NCBI RefSeq assembly: GCF_018977255.1
Contig: NW_024704742.1
Coordinates: forward strand, 100,070,001 to 100,134,000
Length of the DNA: 64,000 nt
From: Callorhinchus milii
Taxonomy: Eukaryota
Reading direction: 5' to 3'
Part shown: one piece after another, positions 25,481 through 38,809 of the stretch
How the letters are laid out: each line of letters starts with the position of its first letter
Numbering within the stretch: the first letter of the stretch is position 1
Translations under genes and position numbers: made by a program
Notes under the pieces: model-generated
What the model was told of the DNA's origin: nothing
Databases searched by the model: none
The model's input: only the letters and a program-made list of their open reading frames with translations

Positions 25481-28059
25481 TAACTGACCGCACACAAGTG
25501 TGTGCTCACTTATTTTACTGCAGCCTAAATTCTAAATGAGATTGGCTTTTATTTTATTTTGCAGGGTTGGACTGGGAGGGGGGGGGGTAGAAAGGAAAAT
25601 ATATTCTTCCAGCCTTTGCTAATCTTATTTTTAAATTATTAATAATTTGCAGTCAAGTAGATTCAGGAAGGGAAAGGAAGAAAATAGCATCTCTAGAGAA
25701 CCAGACAGTCACTGCCACGTGAATAAGAATCAGACCAAGTCGGTAGTTTAATTTTATCAGTTACAAAGTCAGAGCCCTCAAAGTAAGCATTTTGATAGAG
25801 CAACATATCAAACCCACTTTACATTTATAAGATAACTAATTTTTTTCCTAATGAAACAATATAATGTATAAATGAGTAAATTTGTACTCCTGTGGGTGGG
25901 TAGGTGATGGGAATGAGAGAGAATGTATGGACTTGCACCACCGTGGGAGAGGGATTTAATTTGAACAGAAGCAGTGATTCCACCAGTCATCGGAATTCAA
26001 GACTTGCACCAAGAAAGGACAGCAATTTATTTCTAAAAATTCTACTGCCAGAAATTCTGTGGTGCTTGTGCATCAGCAGACTTATTAGATTGTGAATTAA
26101 AGATCAGAGAACTGGAAGAACCAGTAGTTGAAAATAGCCGAGGTGCAGATAGTCTCAAACATTTTTTTTGTAGTGTTTGGCAACTATTTTTTCCCCTTCC
26201 CTCCCTGAATCTACTTAACACTGGCCTGCTCCACATCCCCCACCCTACCTGGCTTCAGCCCATAGGACATCCTCTTGATGCGAAAGGCACTATACATATG
26301 TGATTTGTTGTTGTTGCTTTTAATGTCCTCCAAACCCCTCAATGGTAATTTTCATTGTAATCGTTTAATAAAAACTGTACAACAGTGCTACGGCTGACAG
26401 TCTGTTGGCAGCAGAAGGCAAGATTTTCCTTTCTGGCAGTTTGATGCTGACAGTCAGGATGCATCATAGCATGCTCGGCGAAAGATTAGGTTTGTGATCT
26501 AATCACAGCAAAGATTACCAGAATTTAATTGGTTGCATGGATTATAGAGAAATAATGCTCCCATCTTTATGTAACCATTGTTGGCATGTCACATCCATTG
26601 GCAGGGAGAAAGCACAGCCACAATTATCAAGCATAACTCTATTACATAGACAGTGGAAAAATGTGTGGAAGTGAATACTATACAATAATCTCATCGTTTG
26701 CGGGATAAAAAAAATCAACACATTCAGAATCGCTTGATGGGATTCTGCCTTTGTAATCAGACCCAGACATCTGGTAAACCCTCTATATAAAAGAGTTAAC
26801 AACTGAAGCATATTCAATAGGGAGAAACATTTGATCTCACAAACCTATTCCTTTATAAATTTATTTCAACCCCATCTACTCATTTAGTCACCGTATCCCT
26901 CAATTCGCTCCCTCTCAGGAAATGCGTCCAGTTGTTGAACCTATTTATTAATGGCCTGTATTGGGGTCGTGTTAATCAAAGTCACCTCAGTTGCTCAATT
27001 CTGTCTCCTTTCATGGCAACAATATCCTTCCTTTGATTCAGCGCAATGCTGGAAAGACATTAAATACCAACCTTTTGTATGATGCAGTAGATTAACAAAT
27101 GGCAACCATACATTTAGGTGGACTGGGCACAATCTGATATGAATAGCAAGCTGTGCAGTTTCAGCTGGTGAGACTCCAGCAATACCTCAACACACACTGT
27201 GGGGTCCTGTGCCTAATATTTTGCGGAATTAGGCAATCAGGTTGTGGCCCTCCAGGGAGAGAATGCGCATTCCATTCCAGCAATCTATCTCTGGGATCTC
27301 CATGCACAGGTGGGATGCATGGAAATCTAGCCACTGTGGACCATGAATATACAGCACTCCAGAGTGACAGGACACAGAATCCGATCCCTTCCTCTACTAG
27401 TCTGTCTCCCAATCAATTCCACTGTGAACAGTGGCGACCAGGAGTAAAGCAACTCTTGCTGGACAGCTGCCTGAACGCAGAACTAGAGAAGGCCTCAGAG
27501 CAGCAGGTTATTCACTCTTTTTTCTCCTGCCCCCTCCCTCCAGACTATGACTTTCCTCTCCTCCAAAATAATACACAAATGAAAGTAATTCAATTGAAGG
27601 CTTATTTTTTTCAAAAAAATAGACACAACAATCAACATGACTGACTGAGGTGGGAGCAGCTCGTTCTCTGGGGAAAGATTGACAGAAAATAGCAGAGATG
27701 CAGAAACCACACAGATACAATAGCAAAGTCACAATTAACAGCTTTCATTTTCTGGCTGTGGAACTTCCACTGTTTGCTTTACAGAGATTTGGAGCATTGC
27801 AAAAAGAATCCTTCAACAAACTCGATGAATAAATACATGAGGGAGAAGATAATAAAGCGGGTATGGGATAGGGGATTAGGAGAGGTGGAGACTGGGACAC
27901 ACTAGTTGATTCAAATGGCCAACTTCCATATTACACAGCACATGCAATTCTACTCACGTAATGCAATAAAATGGGAAATGCTTAATTTCAGATTGGTTAT
28001 GTTAACAGTGAAGATCATCACACAACATATTTTTTGTGTTGTATGCAGCTAATTCTCTG

Positions 28060-28405
28060 TATCCTCTGCCACCCCGTACCCTCACTCGCACAAAACTCCG
28101 CACAACCATAACTCCAACCCTTGCCAAGCTCCCCTGGCTCCGTATCCCAATGGATCAACTTCAAATTCCTCATCCTCACTTACAAATCCTTTATCGGCCT
28201 ACCCAAGCAGCTCCCTCTCTCTGATCTTCTCGTACCCCATGACTCTGCTCACACCCTCCACTTGATTAACTCGAGCTTGCTGTGCTTTCTCCCCTCGCCA
28301 CCATCAGTGGCTGAGCCTTCAGTCACTAGTCTCCTAACCTCTAGAACTCCCTCCCTCTACAAACCCACCTGTCTTTAAATCCCATCTTAAAATCTACCTC
28401 TTCTA
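28060..28405 (+). mobile_element. Old L2 LINE fragment
   Basis: ITPTLAKLPWL and INFKFLILTYK similarity to the L2 ORF2 C-terminus. Confidence 0.75.
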
Positions 28406-31400
28406 AATGCAAGGCATTTTTAAAGAATGCTCTAGGATAAAGCTTTTGTTCTAGAGTTCATTATACCAAATGATAATCAAATGATACAGACTTACTCCAT
28501 CACCTAGTCTGAGCTCAAAATTGGTGCCACAGCCCCACTCTTCCTCTCACCACCGTCCACCACAAAATTTTACATAGAAGCCCCCCAATGCTCATTGTGC
28601 CAGCCTCCCAGTGTGCACAGCAAGCATTTTACAAGCAAACGATAGCAGAGGGCTTATTCTCTACTTTTGTTTAATATAGCATTGGTTTAGATAGAGGAGG
28701 CAGCGTGTCTAGCAGGGATTTAATGTGCTGCCATGGCAAGCATTCAATTGTACTGATGCTAAGCAGAGGGATAAGTATGGGAGCTGCCCAGAAACAGTGT
28801 CTTCATTACTAAATGGTGGAGAACACATAATGTAGCACAATGGGTCTTTAGTAGGCGGCAAATGAATTACTAATGGAAGTATGTATATAACTATGAGATT
28901 GCCAGTATCTTTCTGAAGGAGAAAAAAGGGGATAATTTCCCAGTGAAGAAAATAGGAAAAAAGCAAACAAGGTGACAGAACAGTTTTACATCACCAGCGA
29001 GGTTGAAAGAAGCCCTTTTTAAAAAATAAACAGCATTTTGAAACCTGACTCTTAAGGAAAGTAAAGCAACACATAAGTAAACAGAAATACAGAACATATT
29101 TCCCACCTGTACTCAAGTTAAATATTAATATATTTGACGCTATGAATTCTGAAGAGCAACTGTTAAGATTAAACATATAGTGAGGTTGGGAAACTGAGAG
29201 ATGTTTCTTCAATCTAACAATGCTGTACACTGCTCTATGTTGATCTTAGTTATGTAAATTTACTTTTGTAGCGATCTACTTCAATTGGAAGGCAAGTTCC
29301 ACTAATCCAGAAAAATGCTGGTGGAATAATATAAGGTAAAGCTATTTGTATATGCAATGAACTGTCTTCAAATTTGTCCTGGCAGAATCAACTCCAATCA
29401 AGCTGACTTTTACAGTTAGAAGTCAGACATAAAAGGCCGTGCACTGAATTATTTTTAGTGGGCATTCCATCCATATCCTCATATATCTGACAAACACACA
29501 AGTTAACAAGAGCATGTGAGGTGAAAGACAACCTCAGGACATTTGACAACTGCAGCAGTAATTACAGTGCAGCTGTTATAGCAGGGTTCCCCTGTAATTG
29601 GGCTGCTCTTCATATCAAGATGAGTTCAACAAGGACTAACAAATTCCTTGAATTTTCTTCCTTTAATAATTATTGTTCTTCAGTCAATAAAGAACAACAA
29701 ATGACTTTCTTGATGGCTCTTTGGTAAAGCCACCACCTAGAGTGAAACTGAGATAAAGAAGAGTACAAAAAAGTCGTTTGGAAGGAATAACAGAGCATCA
29801 TCAGGAACCATGGAACTATAACTCAGTATAAACTGGCTTCAGGGGAGAAGGGAAAGGAATCGGGGGTGGGGGGGAGGTTAAGAGAGGTAGGGAAATCCAA
29901 AGACAGGAATTGGAGCTTTTAAGACACCAGAGCAGGTGCTGGCACGTACTGACTTTGGTCGGCTAGAATTCTTGTTCTTTTGAGTCATGATGTAAGGTTT
30001 TGTGTTGTTAATTCCCTGTCACTCTCTGGTTTTCAACATTTCTGGTTAAGTGATGACTTAAAACAATACATTAGGGTCTTCAAATCAATACGAAAGCCTT
30101 TTATTCCACTCCAAAGTGGCATAAAATCTTTCGCGGTGGCCTCCGGTCTATATGAAGTCATTTTCTGTCAAGGGTAAATCAGAGTGGTGTTGCAAAGAAG
30201 AACAAACTGCACTTTCAATCTAGTCCAAATTGGTCCTTAGATTTTGAAGATAGTCAGATACACAGAGCAAGGGAAAAAATCTTGTTACAAAATGATGATG
30301 TGATTAGAAGCAGGAATGCAATTTGAAATGGATTAACCTGCGTCATCAATAGAAGGCACAAGACTATTGTGCCCTACAGGTCACCAGCATCTGAACATGT
30401 GAATATTGAAGTTTAAACTGAGTGTTTTAGGAAAGGAGAACTGAGATGTGTTCCACAGCTCATTTTCTTAACCTACTAAAACCCAAATTTCATTCCTCAA
30501 ACAATTTCACTAGACATTTTTCATGCCTTACCAATCAATCTTTAACCTGGCCTCGGTATAATGTCATTACAATCCCCTAGTAAAAACCCTCTCAGGTTAA
30601 ATATTCATGGAATTGTGATACAGAAAACATTTTTTTTCATATCAAATGCATCTTCGGGAGGAGGGTCAGGCAAGGAAACTGCAGTTCAGTTCCGTCAACA
30701 CCTAGATCTCCATATCACTGCTATTTCTGCATGCCATATTCAATAGGCACATGCACCACATTTGAAGGACATGCATTCACTCACCACTCATTCCAGTAGC
30801 ATTCATGCTGAGCAACTGACATCAGCTCAGGACACATCCAGCAATTTATCATGCAATTTATAAAGGATTTGTTTTGTTTTTCTTAATACCACAGTTAACC
30901 TGAAGATGCAGATCAGCCTGTTTTATATTGTAAAGGATAGGCAGATTTAGGATAGGCAGACTTTCTTACATGAATAACTTCATGTTTATGCAATTCAACT
31001 TTATGGTACTTGAAAACAAATGGTTGAATACTCGTTCCTCTGGATCGCAGGACTTGAACATATAGCTTTTTCCCTCACCCATTCTACTCACGAATTCACA
31101 TTTGTAAACACCACAAGGTGAGAATTGTAGCTCAAACTAGGAATATTTCAAATTGTTCGGTCTAATCTTTCACAAGTTACAAAGAGCAGTGAGGATTTTC
31201 TTTTACCCCTTTAGATCTTTTCTACGCAAAAGATAAAATATTCTTTCAATATCATAGTGCTTGAACTGCACTGGTTTAATTCATTCATATCAATTAAGTT
31301 AAAACATTTCTTCCCCTACAATCTTCCTGAGACGTGCAAAATGACAAGGTAGAGAGACCTGTTGCCAGGCTTTAGCTGATTTACAATTTATCAGCAGGGT

Positions 31401-31448
31401 CTCGGGCTTGCACCCCAACCATACATGTTTAATTCCTCCTCTTCTCCA

Positions 31449-31550
31449 CCTGGGAAAAACTTACCCATATGGCAAGCAACTAATCTCATCTATGTGTATA
31501 TTCAACAACATAGATGGGATCAGTCGCTTGCCATATGGGCAACTTCCAGG
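31449..31550 (-). other. Long hairpin (35-bp stem, 12-nt loop); candidate intronic pre-miRNA or palindromic transposon relic
   Basis: Arms 31461-31495 and 31508-31542 are reverse-complementary at 31 of 35 positions. Function is unproven. Confidence 0.6.
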
Positions 31551-32771
31551 CTCACACCAGCGCCTTTGCACACCATGGAGCTACAATATGTTGTGCCTGC
31601 ATGCTTCCTCCATATCTGATTTGGACAACTAGAATCCTGGTCACTGTGCATAAAGGAACGTCGACTGCCCGCTGGATGGTTTGACATAAGCCTGGTCTAA
31701 CAAGGATAACTAAACAATGGGACCTTCTGACAAGCCAACATTCACGATTGCTCTCTTTTTAAATATTCCTATATTGGAGTTTGCTCACCGTTTCCCTGCT
31801 CCAATGAAGATACTCATTCATCCTAGGTAAGCTCCATGTTCAATCAGCGGCTCTCTAACACTTTACCCAGTGATCATCCCTCATAAGTAATCCTTAACAG
31901 CCAATGGCTTGAAGGCTAAGCACAAACAGGGAAATCATAGCCATTTCCACTCCTATCCACACCTGCGGTCGACAAACGTTGACTTCGAGAAGGACACTGA
32001 TCAGGGACATAAGCGACCTTTCCCCCTTCCATGATCCAAAGCGACTCTAATGCTACTTTTATTGAGAACATCCAACTCATCTCATACAGGGATTACAACC
32101 TGGGACTTTATTGGTATGTGTGGCTCAATGGGATATGCCTTTCCCAAATGAACAATTGGCAGAACCAAAACCTCAATGCTCTACCGCAGCCTGAAACATG
32201 TCTGCACACCCAGTTCCCAATCTGAAAAGAGAAAATCAAATCACATGTAACCCAATCCTGGGCTGATCCAAAGGGTGAAAGAGCAGCTCTGTCCTTTTTC
32301 ATACAGGATCAGTAAAGCATATAATGCATGGTTTAAAATGGCTGCAAGCATCCCAGAATCTTCACTCATCTGTTAACATTTTCAGGTCTTTGTGGACCTT
32401 GAAACTTGACAAGTAAACAGAGACAGAGGGTTTAAACTAAAGTCTGTGGTCCAGCTTGACAAGAGGTTTGCTCTCGAGAAGGTCAGGATTAGAAGCTTGC
32501 GAAAAGTCTTTTTTTCCCCATTTGGAAGGAAAACAAACAAAAATAGGATTTTGATATGTTAGCTCAATACATACAGACACAGAGAGGATTTCTTATGTGT
32601 GGTGGGTGGAGGGAGGAAAGAGGGAGCAGAAAAAAGGGAGAGAACAAAGGTGATCCATGTTGCAACAATGTGAAGGCCACAGAAGCAGGACTCCTGGTTT
32701 AATCACACAAGCATGCGGTGGGGAGGGAGGGACAGGCGGAGGTGGAGATCATGCAAAGTAGCAGAAAATAC

Positions 32772-32876
32772 CTGTACCGAGCCACCATGTCTGTCAGCTG
32801 CCAGGTGAGCTCGCAAGTGTTGGGGATTGGCCTGCTGATTGCACTGAGCGTCCCACGCTCCCCTGTGGTCTGACGA
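32772..32876 (-). CDS. CSNK1G3: CK1 gamma-3 cassette exon [35 protein letters not shown]
   Basis: 105 nt, phase 0-0, gacaAG acceptor and CAG/GTATTT donor. The peptide closely resembles the gamma-3-specific insert (..[15 protein letters not shown]) as I recall it. Confidence 0.93.
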
Positions 32877-35800
32877 CTTGTCATTTTTTTTTATTTTTAT
32901 ACAACATGCAAGGGGAAGGAAGGAAAGGAGGCAGAAAGGACGGAAGGAAAGGAAAGAAGGAAAGACGGAAGGTAGGAAAAAAAGAAAAAAAATGCCAACA
33001 AATCATTAAAAACTTCATGCTGTGGCACGATTAAAACCAAACTTATTTTAAAATAAACACCAGAAAATAATAAAACACAAGAACAGAATACAGATAAACT
33101 AAGACGGTTATTGTACAACTAGCCGAATATTAACATTCATGCATCAAATGAAACAATAAGAACTATAAAGTCCTGAAACTTTATTGTAATAACGGTACTT
33201 AATCGCCGGGACTGAAGAATGACCAAATCTGATTTTAGTACCTTCACAATTAATCCTTATAATTAAATTCATCCTCACAAAGAAACCCATCTGACTAGTT
33301 AAACAGATTTCTCTGCATTAAGAGCAATATCACTTAATTCAACAAAAAGTTGTGGATATGTAAATGCTGGCTAAAGGAACACTTAAATCACCTACTAAAA
33401 ATAATAATCCACCTTGATCCGGATTATGAATTTTGTTTTTACAGGAAGGTTTACTTTTTAAGATCTGTCTAAAGCAGTTTCTGACTGTATGTATTCAAGG
33501 GGCTAGATAGCAACTTAGATAGGCTATAGCAACTTAGGAAGCTAAATTTAAAAACAGAATTTGCATCAAACCCGCACTATTTTAGCATTCATATTTTTCT
33601 AGTTCTTTTAAAATAATTTGGTGAATTTATGTCCATGATGAAGAATTTCAGTACTGAGCAATGCAATATTCATACTCTATTTGCATAGTTTCAAAAGAAA
33701 TATGGGGTGCTAAATGTAGATTAAAGTTTCCTCTACATTTCTCTCAGAAACTCAATCCAACCTCACCACAGCATACTAATGGCACACTTTCATCATCCAC
33801 AGCAGCCAACCATGTTGCCTCTCCCAGCAGAACATAAATTTTAGTGATAACAAGAATTAATTCTAAGCAGGTTGTGCTATGGACTTGCACGCATTGAGAC
33901 CTGCATTGGATTATCCAAAGTTATGTCACTTAACCTTTGGAGACGGAGTGAAGAGACTTTTAGGCCCGGTGTCGTGCTCCAATACTGTCAAGCGCTCTCG
34001 GACACTACCCTGCATGAGGGGTGCATATAAATGCAAGTTGTTATTCGGGCTAGATTCCGAACACCAGTCTGAGGTGAAAGGAAAGGATACTAACTTTCTG
34101 CGTCATCCAATTCTCTACATTTTCTAATTCCCTTTCATTAACCCATGGAGATTCTGATGTTCATATTGGGTCCAAGATTTACCACTATGCCGACACCGAA
34201 TGGGATGTCTGCAACATTCAAATCCATATAACAGGTCAAAGTTATCCCGAGTACATTCCAGTCAAAGCTCTATGTGGGTTTGTGGCAGGGAAGGATTTAA
34301 CTTAGGTTTCCAGGATACAGTTCACAACAGTTTTTTCCTTCACTAATATTAAGCAGTGTCACTTTATTATATTTCAGTGCTACACATTAAGCAATTTAAT
34401 TATCCTTATGATGTTAACTACAAAGCAAATGCAGTGTCAGAAGAGAATGCACTTTTGTCAAATTAGTTTGCATCCAGAAAAGTTCCATGATGGCTTTTGA
34501 CAATAAAGGATCCTTCAACACACATCACTGAAGGTATGGAGGTAATTTCACACAGGCAGTCTTTTGTTTTTGCCAATCATTTTCAAGGCTGCAATTTTCC
34601 CTATCAAAAATGACTTGAGCATCTATCATTTCAAAGTAACACTTTAACAGATGTTAACGGCTGGTAAACAATGTATTTAAACAAACGGTCATGCATGTAC
34701 TACTTGCCTCTCAAAAAAACTCTTCCAAACCCAGGGTAAGAAAATCGACAGCACTTCTGTGTAACCAACAATTGATACACTTACTCTACATCAAAAAATT
34801 TGTGACAGAAATTGAATACCACAGCTAAAGCTACTGAAATGTAACACCATTTATAGAAATCTAATCAGTGATGGTCAGTCACAGCAGCTTTTAAGAACTG
34901 TAGACTTTTCTGGGTTTTGAAAAATGAGTTGAAACGGTTGCTGAGATATTCTAAAAGGTTTGCAATATGACTATCATACTCTTTGAAAAATATTTCAGCA
35001 CATCTTCAGATGAATATGAATTCCAAAAAACACGTGGATTGCCAATTCACTTTGCGGATCTTTTCTAGGAAGCTTAACACATAGGAAAATTAGCACTCAC
35101 ACTCACACAGCAATCAGCCCAGTTACTGCGCTCATAGTCTTTGCACATGTTTAAAATGAGCTATGGTGTGCCTGAATGACTCAACTTTTAGTGCACCTCC
35201 TGCCGTTTGTGGCTGTTGTTGAACAGACAGAAGCTGCGCACCATGCCAAAATGGCTCAGCTCCTCTGCATATCAATCTGCTCATAAATAAAAAAGCCAGA
35301 TCTTGTTGATATTTCTTATTCAATTCTCTACCAGGAGCTGTTGCAACTTTTGCACAAAACAGTGTTCCATGACCTGTTAACATGTCGTCGTGCACACAGG
35401 TCAGAACAATGACATTGTATTTTAGTGAGCAAGCAAAATTGATAATATCAAAAAAAATCATCACTTCTCATCTGATATCAACACATGTTTTAGACGAAAA
35501 CGTGAAATAAAAAAACCCAATCAGATTTAATTATTTGGTCTGTCAAGTGGTTAGCCTGTCAGCATTAGTACTTGCTAACACAACGGATGAATGTTAGGGG
35601 AGACATTTCTGAGCAGTAAGTGTGACATAGCTTGGCAAATCGACTAAGCACTCTAAGCTGCATTTATTCTCTAGTCACATAACCAGACCAGGTAACTGTC
35701 ACTCTTAATTAGTGATACTTAGCATGTCTGTTAATATCAAAATAAATGAAAAATGGACAACATTGTCAGTAATGCTGTGTTAAAAATAAGAAAATTAGCC

Positions 35801-37784
35801 ACATTAGCTTTGTTAGTTAAGTTAGTACTCGTGTAACACAATATAAAAACAGTATCATGTCAAGTTGCTCTGCACAACAACAGATTTGATGGAACTATTG
35901 TAACTTCCTTATGATCAACATCATATCTGATACAACAATAAGAACTTTCTTATTTTATGATATTCTCATGAGAATATCATAAAACTCTTGATGATTAGGC
36001 ATCTTAAGAATATGCATTTGATCTATCAGATGAATGTAGGACACTCAATCATTCGCCACAAAAATATACAGTCAATTCGCTTTACAGTATATCCTGTGAA
36101 GTGACTTGAGACGTTTCAACGACATTATAAGGTGCTATATCAAATGCGAGTGTTATTATTATTATTTGTTTCACATATTTAAGGATATTCACATTTGCCT
36201 AGTGTTGATGCTAGGTCATGGGATTCATGTCAAAAAGCATACATTATAATTGCACAAGGACAAAAGGAATAACAGCATCATAGTTCCTGACTCAGAACTC
36301 CCCAACGGGGTCCTTGCATTTTAACACATCACTCTGGTTTTCAATAGAAAGTATCAGACCTCACTTTTGCAGAATCCATCAATAAAGTGGGTAAGATTAT
36401 TTGTAGAACTGAGCAGATTCACAGCTCACCAAGCACATAGGGTAACGTTGATAACGCTGCCAGCTTCAAATAACAAACCAATTGTCTTTCAGATTCATAT
36501 AACATCACAAGAGTTTGGGCTGAAGTTGACGCCTCATTTCATCCATCCTGAAAACCCACAAACACTTCCCTTTACACCATCAAGCAGTGTTCTAAATGAG
36601 GCTTGCGTCCAACCACTCTTAATGGTAATACGTTCCAACGATTGATTAACTTCTGTGTAAAACAATACTTCCTGGCTCAAATCACAAATTTGCTCTTCAT
36701 AACCATTAACCTATGACTTCTGTCCAAGCTGTCTTGACATATGTTGGAAGTATTAGACAGAATGTTCTATCTCAGGCGTTTTATAAACCTCCAGAAAGAT
36801 CCGTCCCCAATGAGAAGCCTTTTTCTAAGAGCCCTAACAACACCAATTTAAGATGTCAATAAGCAATGGAAATTGACAGAGGAAATACAGAGCAATATGG
36901 TCTATATCTCTGCATTTTAATACTGTAAATACAGTCTAGAAGGTACAATCTTATGTTAACTAACTCAACATTTGACAGAACATTATAGAATCATAGAAAT
37001 TACAGGACAGAAGAAGGCTATGCAGCCCATCAACCCAAGCCTGTGTTAGCACATCCACTGGAAATAACTACTCTATTCTTCTACCCTTTTATATTGTTTA
37101 CCATTTCAGTTAGAACAAAACGAACCTCAGAAACTGACTTCTAACAATAACTTGCATTTAAATAGTGTCCTTCATACGAGTAGCGTGTGAGCGCTTAACA
37201 GCACCGTAGCTTAAAATATAACTTCCAAAAGATATTTTACAATTTCCTGTTACTCAGGTAGATGTAAAGGGCCATTATTATTTCAAAGATATGTGGTGTC
37301 TTACTGCTGGTTTACATTCCCCTCAAAATCCAAAGTTTCAAAAGGATTGGTTGCTCAACTCGTTGTTGCTTATGGGACACTTCTGGTACAGATTAGCTGC
37401 CATGTTTGCCCATATTACATTCTAATCTTTTCTACTTTGCTTTCAGACATGTGCTTTTATGCGAAAGGCACTGTATAAGCACAAGTTATTACTGTTTATT
37501 AAAATGTATAATGAATAAATTAAATCAGTTGATGACCGTCTTAATCTGGTCATTAATGAACAGAACACTGCCTAAAGCAAGTTCTTAACTCAATAGAAGT
37601 TTGAAGCGAAAATGGGAAATCTCACAATCGGTCTGCCACAATCTTGCATCTAGTCAACTCTACACCTAGGCATATATGGAAGAAATGTAGCTTTTCCAGC
37701 AATGCATTTTCTTCAGTGCAGTCATACAGTGGATGCTGTACAGAAAGTTACAGCAGAGAACACAACTAACATTTCAAGACATAC

Positions 37785-37883
37785 CTGATGTTTGGTTTGC
37801 TGCATTTTATCCCTGTGCTGATGGGAATCTCGGTTCACTGCTGCCAGAGCAGTATCTGGATGAATCGAACCAACTGGTGTGGG
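37785..37883 (-). CDS. CSNK1G3: CK1 gamma-3 C-terminal tail exon PTPVGSIHPDTALAAVNRDSHQHRDKMQQTKHQ
   Basis: 99 nt, phase 0-0, ttacAG acceptor and CAG/GTATGT donor. HQHRDKMQQ is gamma-3-like. Confidence 0.95.
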
Positions 37884-38809
37884 CTGTAATTGAAGGAAAA
37901 CAACCATTACACTGAAAGGCAAAAAAATGCCAACCAGGCACAATCACAATAAAATTAACTTAAATGCTTGGATACAATCTTGACTGTTTTTTTAACTAAA
38001 TTATGCCATTTTATCGTGAATGAAGTCCAAAATCATTCAGCCATCAATAAAATGCACCTCGAAAGAGCAGAATACAAACAAGCTTCAAACAGCAAAATCC
38101 AACCTAGCTCCAAATTCTATGCTTCACTTTTCAAAACACATTAAAAGACAGTGTAAGTTCTGGGAGTCAAGCAGAGGTACAATAAAACAGGTGGGTACAA
38201 TATGAATATTTATTTGCCAACAAATATAATCACTACGCTTCACAATACATCTATGGTAATTCCTGTGAATCACTTTGAGACAATATGATACAAATTTATA
38301 GAGTGACTTTCATAGCAGAAGGACGTCCCAAAGTGCTGTGTGTGCAAAGATGTTTTGGTGTTTCAATGAGTTGCTATGTCAAATGAGGATTATTATGTTA
38401 AATTTATTCCTGTGGGAAAAGTAAAAACAATAAACACACAGAGGCAAAACATGGTCATCTCTCATTGCCAGAGTATTTCAAAAATGACCAATACCCACTT
38501 TTAATAATCCAAATACACCCAATTGCCACTTGTGAAATGTTAAATCAAGAATTTATTAAATTCTTAAAAAATTGCTAATTAACCAATATAGTTTTAGGTG
38601 CACTTTCCTTGGACTCTTCTTTTGACATTGAGAATAAAATGTGAAAGAGCTGAGAAACAAGCACTAAGCAATGTTTCCAAATACCATTCAAAAGGTTTGT
38701 GATCTCCCAGGCTTCAAGAAGTTGCGTCATCTTTTACACTTACATTTCCAAACCAGAATTCTCCCTGGAGGTTTAGAACTTTATTCACCCGGAAACACGT
38801 ATCCTTGTG

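Noticed and set aside
27153..27644. 163-aa ORF and similar ORFs (10825..11205, 45332..45568) sharing LEWNAH-like peptides
   Set aside because: The shared peptides come from the unclassified interspersed repeat, and reading frames are not maintained between copies.
31950..32135. Possible ancient LF-SINE/AmnSINE2-like remnants (also about 18400-18490, 42730-42760, 53570-53700)
   Set aside because: Resemblance is from memory and too degenerate to call without a profile search.
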